Positions 8,377 to 16,726 of a stretch of DNA of 64,000 nucleotides are shown piece by piece. Numbering within the stretch: position 1 is the first letter of the stretch; each line of letters starts with the position of its first letter. The stretch is from assembly GCA_035403165.1 (NCBI GenBank), contig DAONEP010000007.1:542-64541 (forward strand), given 5' to 3'. The translations under genes were made by a program, and so were the position numbers. Source of the stretch: Bacteroidales bacterium (GTDB taxonomy: Bacteria > Bacteroidota > Bacteroidia > Bacteroidales > UBA4417). The notes under the pieces are model-generated. The model saw only the letters and a list, made by a program, of their open reading frames with translations, had not been told where the DNA came from and ran no database searches.

Positions 8377-9285
8377 ATGAAAGGTAAAAGCCTGATATCC
8401 ATAACCGATTACACCAAGGACGAGTACCTGCAGATACTCAATACAGCAGCCGGTTTCGAAGCAAATCCCAACCAGAAAATCTTATCCGATAAGGTTGTTG
8501 CATCTTTGTTTTTCGAACCATCAACGCGTACCCGGCTTAGTTTTGAAACTGCGGCCAACCGTCTTGGCGCCCGTGTTGTTGGTTTCAGCGACGCCGGAAA
8601 CACCAGCGTGCAAAAAGGGGAATCGCTGAAGGACACCATTATTATGGTGAGCAGCTATGCCGATATCATCGTGATGCGTCACCCGCGCGAAGGCGCCGCC
8701 CGCTGGGCAAGCGAAGTATCGTCGGTGCCGGTTATCAACGCCGGTGACGGCGCCAACCAGCATCCTACCCAATGCCTCCTCGATCTGTACTCCATTATGC
8801 AAACCCAGGGCACCCTCAACAACCTGCAGATAGCCATGGTGGGGGACCTCAAATACGGACGCACGGTTCATTCACTGGTGCAGGCCATGTGCAATTTCAA
8901 CGCCACCTTCCATCTCGTTTCGCCGGAAGAACTCAAATTGCCCAGCGTGGTAAAAATGCACATCAAGGAAGCGAATCTGGAATACCACCAATATACCGAT
9001 CTCGCCGATGTGATTCCGATTGCCGATATCATCTATATGACCCGCATCCAAAAGGAAAGGTTCAGCGATCCCATCGAATATGAAAAAGTGAAGAACAGCT
9101 ACGTGCTTAACAAGGCAATGATCGCAGGATGCAAACCCAACATGAAAATCCTTCACCCCTTGCCCCGCGTGAACGAAATAAGTGAAGATGTTGACTCAAC
9201 CGAACAGGCCTATTATTTTAAACAAGCCGAAAACGGCGTTTATGTAAGGCAAGCTCTGCTGACGACCATCCTGGGTGCAAAATAA
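8377..9285 (+). CDS. pyrB: Aspartate carbamoyltransferase catalytic subunit
   Basis: Motifs FFEPSTRTRLSFE, HPTQ and HPLPR. Confidence 0.92.
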   Translation: MKGKSLISITDYTKDEYLQILNTAAGFEANPNQKILSDKVVASLFFEPSTRTRLSFETAANRLGARVVGFSDAGNTSVQKGESLKDTIIMVSSYADIIVMRHPREGAARWASEVSSVPVINAGDGANQHPTQCLLDLYSIMQTQGTLNNLQIAMVGDLKYGRTVHSLVQAMCNFNATFHLVSPEELKLPSVVKMHIKEANLEYHQYTDLADVIPIADIIYMTRIQKERFSDPIEYEKVKNSYVLNKAMIAGCKPNMKILHPLPRVNEISEDVDSTEQAYYFKQAENGVYVRQALLTTILGAK

Positions 9286-9317
9286 ATCCGGAACTAACGA
9301 TTTAAAGACTATTTACC

Positions 9318-9779
9318 ATGGATAAAGAAACCCGCGAATTAAAAGTTACGGCCATCGAAAACGGAACCGTAATCGACCATATTCCCGCCAACAATGTTTT
9401 CAAAGTCATCCGCATTCTGAACCTTGAAAACAATAATCACCAGGTATTGTTTGGCGATAATCTGGAAAGCAAGAAATACGGCAAAAAAGGGATCATCAAG
9501 GTAAGCAATACCTTTTTCGCTCCCGACGAAATCAATAAAATCGCCCTGGTCGCTCCTACCGCTACTCTGATTGTAATCAGGAATTTTAAAGTTGTAGAAA
9601 AGAAACAGGTGGAAGTACCCGACGAAATTGTAAAAATTGTAAAATGCTTCAACCCCGGTTGTATCACCAATCACGAGGATATAATCACCCGTTTCACGGT
9701 AATTGATAAAAATGATTTGAAGCTTAAATGCCGTTACTGCGAAAAAATAACCGCAAAAAATAATATCGTCTTCTTATAA
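9318..9779 (+). CDS. pyrI: Aspartate carbamoyltransferase regulatory subunit
   Basis: 153 aa, immediately downstream of pyrB. C-terminal Zn-type Cys pairs (CFNPGC .. CRYC). Confidence 0.88.
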   Translation: MDKETRELKVTAIENGTVIDHIPANNVFKVIRILNLENNNHQVLFGDNLESKKYGKKGIIKVSNTFFAPDEINKIALVAPTATLIVIRNFKVVEKKQVEVPDEIVKIVKCFNPGCITNHEDIITRFTVIDKNDLKLKCRYCEKITAKNNIVFL

Positions 9780-9840
9780 TGACCAAACTCAGATATCATT
9801 CTCAGAAAATTGATATCTTCTGAAGCTTAAAACCGTTGCT

Positions 9841-11088
9841 ATGAAAAACAATGTAGTTCTTGTACTGTTAGTCCTTGCTGCTACCACCGTACTGGCTCAA
9901 CAACCCAAAACCAACAAGGGAATTTTTAAAACTTACGAACCCGGATACTTCCAAAATACCATTCTTAAAGGCATCGAGGAATTCGAATCATCCAAAGAGG
10001 CCCCTCCTGCAAAAAAAACTTTCAAAGCCGACCCTTCGGATTATAACATTCCAACCGATAAAAACGCCTTCAAGCAATACTGGCACAACGAACCGGTTTC
10101 GCAGGCCAACACCAACACCTGCTGGTGCTTTTCCACCACCTCTTTCTTTGAATCGGAAATTTACCGCCTTACCGGTCAAAAAGTCCGTATTTCCGAGATG
10201 TTCACAGTTTATTATGAATATCTCGAAAGGGCCGAAGCATGGGTAAAGACACGGGGAAATATCTATTTCGGCGAAGGGTCCGAAGGTAACGCCGTGACTA
10301 AAATCTGGAAAAAATACGGCTGTGTTCCTTACGAAAGCTACACGGGGTATCTGCCGGGGCAAACTTTCTACAATCACCAGATAATGTTTGATGAGCTGAA
10401 ATCATACACCGAATTCGTGAAGAAAAACAATCTTTGGGATGAGGCATCTGTTTTAGCAAATTTCAGGGCGATCCTTGACCACTATATGGGCACCCCGCCC
10501 GAAACCGTAACTGTCAGCGGGAAAACAATGAGCCCAAAGGATTACATGAACAATGTGCTGAAATTCAAGCCCGATGATTACTGCGACGTACTGAGCTACA
10601 TGCAGCAGCCTTACTGGCAACAGGTCGAATATGAGGTTTCCGACAACTGGTGGCACAACAAGGATTATTATAATATTCCGCTTGACGATTACATGTCGGT
10701 AATAAAAAATGCCCTTAAAAAAGGCTACACGGTGGCCATCGGCGGAGATGTTTCAGAAGCCGGTTTTCTGGCCCGGGAAGCCAATGCCGCTGTTGTCCCC
10801 GCGTTTGATATTCCATCTTCAGCTATTGATGAAAACGCACGCCAGTTTCGTTTCAGTAACGAAACCACTACCGACGACCATGGAATGCACATCGTAGGAT
10901 ACCTCGAAAAAGATGGCACAACATGGTTCCTGGTCAAAGATTCAGGCGCCGGCAGCCGCACCGGTGGAAAAGAAAAGAACCTGAATTTTGGTTACTACTT
11001 TTTCCACGAAGACTATGTGAAGCTGAAGATGATGGACTGCATGGTTCATAAGGATATGATGAAAGAGTTTCTACCTAAATTCAAATAG
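9841..11088 (+). CDS. C1-family cysteine peptidase (aminopeptidase C/bleomycin-hydrolase-like), exported
   Basis: Signal peptide ..TTVLAQ. Catalytic Cys context QANTNTCWCFS and His context DDHGMHIVGY. Confidence 0.8.
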   Translation: MKNNVVLVLLVLAATTVLAQQPKTNKGIFKTYEPGYFQNTILKGIEEFESSKEAPPAKKTFKADPSDYNIPTDKNAFKQYWHNEPVSQANTNTCWCFSTTSFFESEIYRLTGQKVRISEMFTVYYEYLERAEAWVKTRGNIYFGEGSEGNAVTKIWKKYGCVPYESYTGYLPGQTFYNHQIMFDELKSYTEFVKKNNLWDEASVLANFRAILDHYMGTPPETVTVSGKTMSPKDYMNNVLKFKPDDYCDVLSYMQQPYWQQVEYEVSDNWWHNKDYYNIPLDDYMSVIKNALKKGYTVAIGGDVSEAGFLAREANAAVVPAFDIPSSAIDENARQFRFSNETTTDDHGMHIVGYLEKDGTTWFLVKDSGAGSRTGGKEKNLNFGYYFFHEDYVKLKMMDCMVHKDMMKEFLPKFK

Positions 11089-11134
11089 TTTGGAAGGTAT
11101 TCATATCTGTCAATACCAACAAACAAGAGGTGAA

Positions 11135-11630
11135 ACGGAGAATGGAGAATGGAGAACGGAAAACGGAGAACAGAATAAAAACGCTGGAAAGCAGGCCTCA
11201 AACCCTACCCCCTCCCACAGCCCAGCGCAAGGCAGGCAGGCCTGCCACCTGACGCACAGCCTTCCCAGGCAGGAATGTCTGAAACTCTGAAACCTTGAAA
11301 CCCTGCCGCCTCACTCACAATCCTCTGCAGGCAGGCAGGTCTGAAACGCTGAAACTCTGAAACCCTGCCGCCTCCCACAACCTTGCGCAAGGCAGGCAGG
11401 CCTGCCACCTGACGCACAGCCTTCCCAGGCAGGCAGGCCTGCCACCTGACGCACAGCCTTCCCAGGCAGGCAGGCCTGAAACACTGAAAGCCCACGAACA
11501 ACGAATCACAAAACACAAAACGCAGAACTCAAAACTCAAAACACAAAACGCCAACGGCTATCAGCTAATAGCAACTGGTCTCTCTCAAATTCCCTAATTC
11601 TCAAATTCTCAAATTCTCAAATTCTCTAAC
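11135..11630. repeat. Mosaic intergenic repeat region A
   Basis: Contains these tandem and repeated units:
- Heptamers acggaga/atggaga at 11135-11171.
- A 38-nt unit ccctgccgcctcccacaaccttgcgcaaggcaggcagg, 3 copies.
- A 33-nt unit cctgccacctgacgcacagccttcccaggcagg at 11241-11273, 11401-11433 and 11438-11470.
- ctgaaac runs.
- caaaaca/caaaact heptamers.
- Octamer tctcaaat, 6 copies, at 11583-11630. Confidence 0.9.
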
Positions 11631-11646
11631 CTCCCGCCCCAACTCC

Positions 11647-12390
11647 ATGCCTTATAGTTCAGCCCGCATCGAACATTATGCAGAACCGCCGGAAGGTTAT
11701 ATCAGGAAATTGATTGCAGAAGGAGAACACCAGCAGCTTGATTTCAAATTCGGAATTACCGATTCAAAAAAGATTGCCCGCACCCTGGCTGCATTTTCAA
11801 ATACCGACGGCGGCAGGTTGCTGGTCGGAGTAAAGGATAACGGCGCTATTGCCGGAGTGAGATCGGAAGAGGAGTATTATATGGTACAGGCGGCATCGGA
11901 CCTTTACACCCGCCCGATAGTACCATTCCAGGTTAAGGAATGGAGTATTGAAAAAAAAAGCGTTCTGGAAATTATCATATTGCCCGAAAAACAGCAGCTT
12001 GTCAAAGCGCCCGATAGAGAAGGCGATTACAAGGTATTTATCCGGGTAAACGATGAAAATCTTCCGGTAAACAGTGTTTGGCTTAAAGCCTGGCATATGA
12101 GGAATTCAGGGGAAGGTGTTGTGATTCATTATTCAGAAAAGGAAAAGCTGCTGTTAGACTTCCTCAGTAATAATCCGGGCATTACGCTGTCAAAGTATTG
12201 CCGTCTGGCTGAAATCCACCGGAAAACAGGTGAAAACATCCTGGCTTCCTTTGTTGCCATTGGTATGCTTGAAATGACCTTTTCCGAAACCGGAAATACA
12301 TACCGGCTATCCGATCAGTACCTTACACTCACGCCCGAACAACGTGAAGAAAAGATGATCACATTGTTGTCCAAACACATGAACCATTGA
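11647..12390 (+). CDS. AlbA_2 (divergent AAA/Schlafen-like) domain protein with C-terminal wHTH-like region
   Basis: The segment E..QLDFKF....KIARTLAAFSNTDGGRLLVGVKDNGAIAGV is typical of PF04326-type putative DNA-binding proteins. Confidence 0.65.
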   Translation: MPYSSARIEHYAEPPEGYIRKLIAEGEHQQLDFKFGITDSKKIARTLAAFSNTDGGRLLVGVKDNGAIAGVRSEEEYYMVQAASDLYTRPIVPFQVKEWSIEKKSVLEIIILPEKQQLVKAPDREGDYKVFIRVNDENLPVNSVWLKAWHMRNSGEGVVIHYSEKEKLLLDFLSNNPGITLSKYCRLAEIHRKTGENILASFVAIGMLEMTFSETGNTYRLSDQYLTLTPEQREEKMITLLSKHMNH

Positions 12391-12421
12391 CCTGACAGGG
12401 AAAATTACAGTACAGCCCGAA

Positions 12422-12790
12422 ATGAATACTACCCGATCTCTTATCAAAAGTTATCTGAATGCACAAAAAGGCATCATAAACGTCATGTCGCGGCAACGCA
12501 ATTTCGTCATTGAAATCACTATAACCATCCTGGTCATCGCTGCCGGATTCATCTTCAATATCAGCTTTGAAGAATGGTGTATTGTGCTTGTGTGCATAGC
12601 AATGGTTCTTTCATCGGAAGCCATGAATACGGCAATTGAAAAGATGGGGGACGCCATAGCGCCCGGTCATCATCCCCTCGTGGGCAAAGCCAAGGATGTT
12701 GCAGCCGGGGCTGTTTTGATTGCTTCACTAATCTCCGGGATCATCGGCATACTTATCTTTGTGCCAAAAATAATTATATTGATAAAATAA
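12422..12790 (+). CDS. dgkA: Diacylglycerol/undecaprenol kinase family membrane protein
   Basis: 122 aa with 3 TM segments. Motifs EAMNTAIE and KD.AAGAVL. Confidence 0.8.
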   Translation: MNTTRSLIKSYLNAQKGIINVMSRQRNFVIEITITILVIAAGFIFNISFEEWCIVLVCIAMVLSSEAMNTAIEKMGDAIAPGHHPLVGKAKDVAAGAVLIASLISGIIGILIFVPKIIILIK

Positions 12791-12816
12791 CAGCCTTCGG
12801 GCATAAACCTGAAATC

Positions 12817-13653
12817 ATGAAATTAATTGCTGACGGCGGATCAACAAAGACCGACTGGAGACTCCTGAACGAAGGGCGGGAATTCAAGCAGATACAAACG
12901 ACAGGGTTTAATCCATATCTTGTTTCTTCCGAGCAAATCGAAGATATTCTTTGGAAAGAACTACAACCATACATCGACAATACCGCGATCGCCGAAGTTT
13001 TTTACTATGGAGCAGGATGTTCCACGCCATTGAAAAATATGATCGTTGAAAGGGCTTTTGAAAAAGTGTTCTTTAATGCCGATCTTTATATCGATCATGA
13101 CCTGCTGGGCGCAGCCCGTGCATCATGCGGCACCAACGAAGGCATAGCCTGCATCCTGGGAACCGGTTCAAATTCCTGTTTATACAATGGGAGCGAAGTA
13201 ACCGATCACATCTTCTCACTGGGCTACTTTTTTGGTGATGAAGGCAGCGGCGCCTATATGGGTAAACAACTACTGACAACCTACCTCCACAACGAACTGC
13301 CACCCGACCTGGGGGAAAAATTCAGGGAAACCTATTCACTGACCAACGAGAACATTCTCGATGCCGTATACAACAAACCGGCTCCCAGCCGTTTCCTGGC
13401 TTCTTTCAGCCGGTTTATCAGCGACCATCGCCAGCACCCGTTTATTGATTCATTAATCCGGAACAACTTCAGGAATTTTTATACATACCAGGTATGTTGC
13501 TATCCCCGGCATAAGGAAGTCCCCGTCAATTTCGTTGGATCTGTTGCCTATCATTACCAGGATATTCTTCGCGAAACGGGCAATGAATTCGGAATAAAAT
13601 CAGGTAAGATTATCAAGGCGCCAATAGACGGGTTGGTAGAATATCATAGATAA
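12817..13653 (+). CDS. BadF/BadG/BcrA/BcrD-type ATPase (N-acetylglucosamine-kinase-like)
   Basis: N-terminal LIADGGSTKTDW and a GTGSNS phosphate-binding motif. Confidence 0.75.
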   Translation: MKLIADGGSTKTDWRLLNEGREFKQIQTTGFNPYLVSSEQIEDILWKELQPYIDNTAIAEVFYYGAGCSTPLKNMIVERAFEKVFFNADLYIDHDLLGAARASCGTNEGIACILGTGSNSCLYNGSEVTDHIFSLGYFFGDEGSGAYMGKQLLTTYLHNELPPDLGEKFRETYSLTNENILDAVYNKPAPSRFLASFSRFISDHRQHPFIDSLIRNNFRNFYTYQVCCYPRHKEVPVNFVGSVAYHYQDILRETGNEFGIKSGKIIKAPIDGLVEYHR

Positions 13654-13960
13654 AAAGTCAAAAGAAAAAGGGCAAAAGAAAAAGGGCAAAAGTTAGAGGG
13701 CAAGGAACAAGGAACTAGTAGCGAAGGAAAACGGAAGACGGAAGACGGAAAACTGAAAAGTTTACCTGATTCGGGATGGTCACGATACAACACTGGAACC
13801 CTGGAACCCTGCCCCCTCCCAAAGCCCTAAGCAAGCCAGGCAGATCTGAAACATTGAATCATTGAAACACAAGACATTGAAACTCTAGGATATAGACCAA
13901 TAGCTAACAGCCTGCCTGGGCTGGCTGTGCGTAAGAAGGCAGGCTAAAAGCTAACAGCCA
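13654..13960. repeat. Mosaic intergenic repeat region B (related to region A)
   Basis: Contains:
- Tandem aaaagggcaaaag, gacggaa and ctggaacc repeats.
- An X-like unit ccctgccccctcccaaagccctaagcaagccaggcag.
- cattgaa runs.
- An inverted copy of the 33-nt unit at 13911-13943, flanked by an 11-bp direct repeat agctaacagcc (13902-13912 and 13949-13959). Confidence 0.85.
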
Positions 13961-14012
13961 AAATTTACCCGGAAAAAGCAAATTGTCCAACTGTCGCAGG
14001 AAAACTCTATCT

Positions 14013-14525
14013 TTATTTCCCTCCCCTATCTGAAGGCTTGAATATCATCGACACTGAATTGATGCAATAGCGTATGCCGGTCGGCTCAGGGCCATCGTCA
14101 AATTTATGCCCGAGATGACCGCCGCATTGGGCACACATCACTTCGGTGCGTATCATTCCATGACTGATGTCCTCCCTGAATAGCAGATTGGCTGAATCGG
14201 CCGGTTTGAAAAAAGCAGGCCACCCGCATCCGGAATTATACTTCGAGGAGGAATGAAACAACAAGGCGCCGCATCCGGCGCAATAATAATCGCCTTCTTC
14301 GAAAAACCCGTCGTACTCGCCGGAAAAAGGCTTTTCAGTTCCCTTCCCACGCAGAATGTTAAATTGTACAGGCGTCAAAATCTTTCTCCATTCTGCTTCT
14401 GTTCTTTTTACTGTCATTTTTTCGGAAATGAAGTTTGATCCTTTATTCTTATAACTCTGACCACATGAATTCAGGCAAATCAATAAGCCTGAGAACAAGA
14501 GTGCGATACGTAATTTGTCAGGCAT
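14013..14525 (-). CDS. msrB: Peptide-methionine (R)-S-oxide reductase with N-terminal signal/lipoprotein-like segment
   Basis: Motifs CAGCGALLF..SGCGWPAFF and RTEVMCAQCGGHLGHKFDDGP. The start is trimmed to MPDKLRIALLFSGLLICLNSCGQ. Confidence 0.88.
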   Translation of the reverse strand: MPDKLRIALLFSGLLICLNSCGQSYKNKGSNFISEKMTVKRTEAEWRKILTPVQFNILRGKGTEKPFSGEYDGFFEEGDYYCAGCGALLFHSSSKYNSGCGWPAFFKPADSANLLFREDISHGMIRTEVMCAQCGGHLGHKFDDGPEPTGIRYCINSVSMIFKPSDRGGK

Positions 14526-14671
14526 TAGCCACCGGCAATTCGATCTCATGATCAGGAGATTACATATAACCTCTACCATAACAATCGACCGGCCATTTTG
14601 TTGATCCGTAATAATTAAAAACTATAAAATGCCGGAATCACTACCTTTGATTGCCACAATATGAAAACACG

Positions 14672-15148
14672 ATGGATACAGTCCTCATTGTTATTGCCGT
14701 AATCTTGTTAATTGTTGGGATAGCCGGTTGCATACTGCCCTTTTTACCCGGTCCGCCCTTGGCCTATGGAAGTCTGCTGTTGTTACAGTTTACAAGCAAG
14801 AAACCATTTTCCGAAGAATTTCTGGTTATATGGGCTGTAGTAACGTTGGCCGTAGTGCTGGCCGATTATTATATCCCGATTTGGGGCACTAAAAAATTTG
14901 GCGGGACCAAATCAGGCGTCTGGGGATCTACTATCGGGCTTGTGCTGGGAATATTTTTCTTCCCGCCGTTTGGAATCATTATCGGCCCTTTTCTCGGTGC
15001 GCTTATCGGCGAACTTATCAACAATCAGGATAGCAAAAAAGCCTTTCGCTCTGCTTTTGGTTCATTCATAGGTTTCATTGCCGGCACCGTCATGAAGTTG
15101 GGCATCAGCCTGGTTATGGGGTTTTATTTCATCAGGGCGGCCTGGTAA
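14672..15148 (+). CDS. DUF456 family membrane protein
   Basis: The pattern GPPLAYG .. YYIPIWGTKKFGGTKSGVWGS .. GPFLGALIGE. The start is set at ATG 14672. Confidence 0.7.
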   Translation: MDTVLIVIAVILLIVGIAGCILPFLPGPPLAYGSLLLLQFTSKKPFSEEFLVIWAVVTLAVVLADYYIPIWGTKKFGGTKSGVWGSTIGLVLGIFFFPPFGIIIGPFLGALIGELINNQDSKKAFRSAFGSFIGFIAGTVMKLGISLVMGFYFIRAAW

Positions 15149-15934
15149 AAATGCCACCGGGTGATCGGAGAAAATACCATCGGGATATATTACATCGGTA
15201 AGGAAAAGCCCTTTGGCCGGCACCGAATATCCTGCATTGCATCTGTTCCTGCTTTCAATGATCCGCCTCAGATCATCCGGGTTGAGTTTATGTCGTCCAA
15301 TATCAAGTAATGTACCGACAATCGCCCTTACCATATTCCGGAGAAAGCGGTCAGCCTGGATGGTGAAAACCAGTAGATTTCCATCCCGCTTCCATCCCGC
15401 TTCTATGATCCTGCAATTGTAGGTTTTCACCTGGGTATTGGTTTTACTGAAACATTCGAAATCGGTAAACTGTTTCAGCAACGTAGCAGCCTTGTTCATT
15501 GCCCCGACGTCCAGATCACCCCAGATATAATAAGCGCTGTTTTCCAGAAAAGGATCCTTTGCAAGCAGAATATTGTATTGGTATTCCCTGAGAACAGGAC
15601 TGAAACGGGCATGAGCCTCCGGCATTACCGGGAATATGCGTTGAACTGCAATTGAAAAAGGCATATACCGGTTGATTTTAAAAGTGATCTTATCCAGTTC
15701 CTCTTCGTTCAACGCGTCATGATAGTCAAAATGAGCATAAAATTTTTTCGCATGAACGCCCGTGTCCGTCCGGCCGCAACCTGTCAGGCGGCATGTTATT
15801 CCCCCGGCAAAGGCAAAGGCCTGCTCAAGGACCTGCTGAACGGAAGGCGCATTTTCCTGTTTTTGCCATCCATTGAAGCCCGAACCATTATAGGATAGCT
15901 TAACAAAGTACCTGAAAACCGGTGGAGAAATCAT
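15062..15934 (-). CDS. truA: tRNA pseudouridine(38-40) synthase
   Basis: Catalytic motif GCGRTDTGVHA. The ~40-aa C-terminal tail overlaps the convergent DUF456 gene. Confidence 0.88.
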   Translation of the reverse strand: MISPPVFRYFVKLSYNGSGFNGWQKQENAPSVQQVLEQAFAFAGGITCRLTGCGRTDTGVHAKKFYAHFDYHDALNEEELDKITFKINRYMPFSIAVQRIFPVMPEAHARFSPVLREYQYNILLAKDPFLENSAYYIWGDLDVGAMNKAATLLKQFTDFECFSKTNTQVKTYNCRIIEAGWKRDGNLLVFTIQADRFLRNMVRAIVGTLLDIGRHKLNPDDLRRIIESRNRCNAGYSVPAKGLFLTDVIYPDGIFSDHPVAFLPGRPDEIKPHNQADAQLHDGAGNETYE

Positions 15935-16124
15935 ATCAGCTTTGGTGAAATTGTAGTCAGTGCAAAAGTACCATTTTTAACCAGGTTAAGAATTTTTGTT
16001 TTTAAATTGGATTTCAATGAATTATAAATTTATTTTATCTGCATGTAATCCAAGCTGCACAAGCATTTCCTGCGTTTTTTTAGACTGAATATAAATTAAC
16101 TTTTTTTCATTAATATTTTTTCTA

Positions 16125-16142
16125 TTGTTAATCAACTAACAA
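16125..16142. promoter_or_regulatory. Rex/CRP-type palindromic operator candidate
   Basis: TTGTTAA-TCAA-CTAACAA, with half sites symmetric at 6 of 7 positions. It lies 85 bp upstream of the hydC1 ATG and 10 bp upstream of a TAATTTTG box. Confidence 0.45.
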
Positions 16143-16152
16143 TCGAAATCGC

Positions 16153-16160
16153 TAATTTTG
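16153..16160 (+). promoter_or_regulatory. Bacteroidetes-type -7 promoter box candidate
   Basis: TAATTTTG matches TAnnTTTG. It lies 67 bp upstream of the hydC1 start. Confidence 0.35.
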
Positions 16161-16226
16161 AGTCCAATCATTAATAAAATCAATTTTAATTCAACAACTG
16201 GAACAACTAAAATCTAGGAGGCCTAC

Positions 16227-16697
16227 ATGACAAACATTGAAAATTTCGTTCATGAACTAGCTGAGAAACACGGTCGCACCCGAAATGCCCTAATGCCGAT
16301 ACTTCAGGGTATTGTAGCCCGTGAAAAATTCCTATCGGAAGAAGCCATGATTGCGGTCGCCCGTGAGCTTGACCTTTCGGCAGCAGATGTTTATGGGACT
16401 GCTTCATTTTACACATTTCTGGATACGGTACCCCGAGGGAAGAACATTATCCGGGTATGCAAGACCATTTCGTGTCATATGCATAACAAGGATGAGATCA
16501 TTCAGACGCTGGAGGAACATCTGAAGTGCAAAGTCGGAGAAACAACATCAGATAAGAAATTTACGCTTCTTACTGCAAACTGTCTTGGCTGGTGCCATAA
16601 AGGGCCCGTCATGCTCGTAAATGATGATGTTTATCCCGAGCTTACTCCTCAGAAGGCCCTCGATATCATTCAGGAATACATAAAAAAATCAAATTAA
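16227..16697 (+). CDS. hydC: NuoE-like [2Fe-2S] subunit of [FeFe]-hydrogenase, set 1
   Basis: Thioredoxin-like ferredoxin pattern (CKTISCH .. NCLGWCHKGP). GGAGG RBS at 16216-16220. Confidence 0.85.
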   Translation: MTNIENFVHELAEKHGRTRNALMPILQGIVAREKFLSEEAMIAVARELDLSAADVYGTASFYTFLDTVPRGKNIIRVCKTISCHMHNKDEIIQTLEEHLKCKVGETTSDKKFTLLTANCLGWCHKGPVMLVNDDVYPELTPQKALDIIQEYIKKSN

Positions 16698-16726
16698 GCA
16701 CGTACTACGTATAACAAGATAAAGCT

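Noticed and set aside
11241-11470. Possible CRISPR array formed by the 33-nt repeats.
   Set aside because: The copies are either directly abutting (4-nt linker) or separated by other repeat units rather than unique spacers. No cas genes lie nearby.
11205-11554. Two minus-strand ORFs (103 and 79 aa) in the ORF track.
   Set aside because: Their products (ACLGRLCVRWQACLP.. repeated) are translations of the repeat units. They are not plausible proteins.
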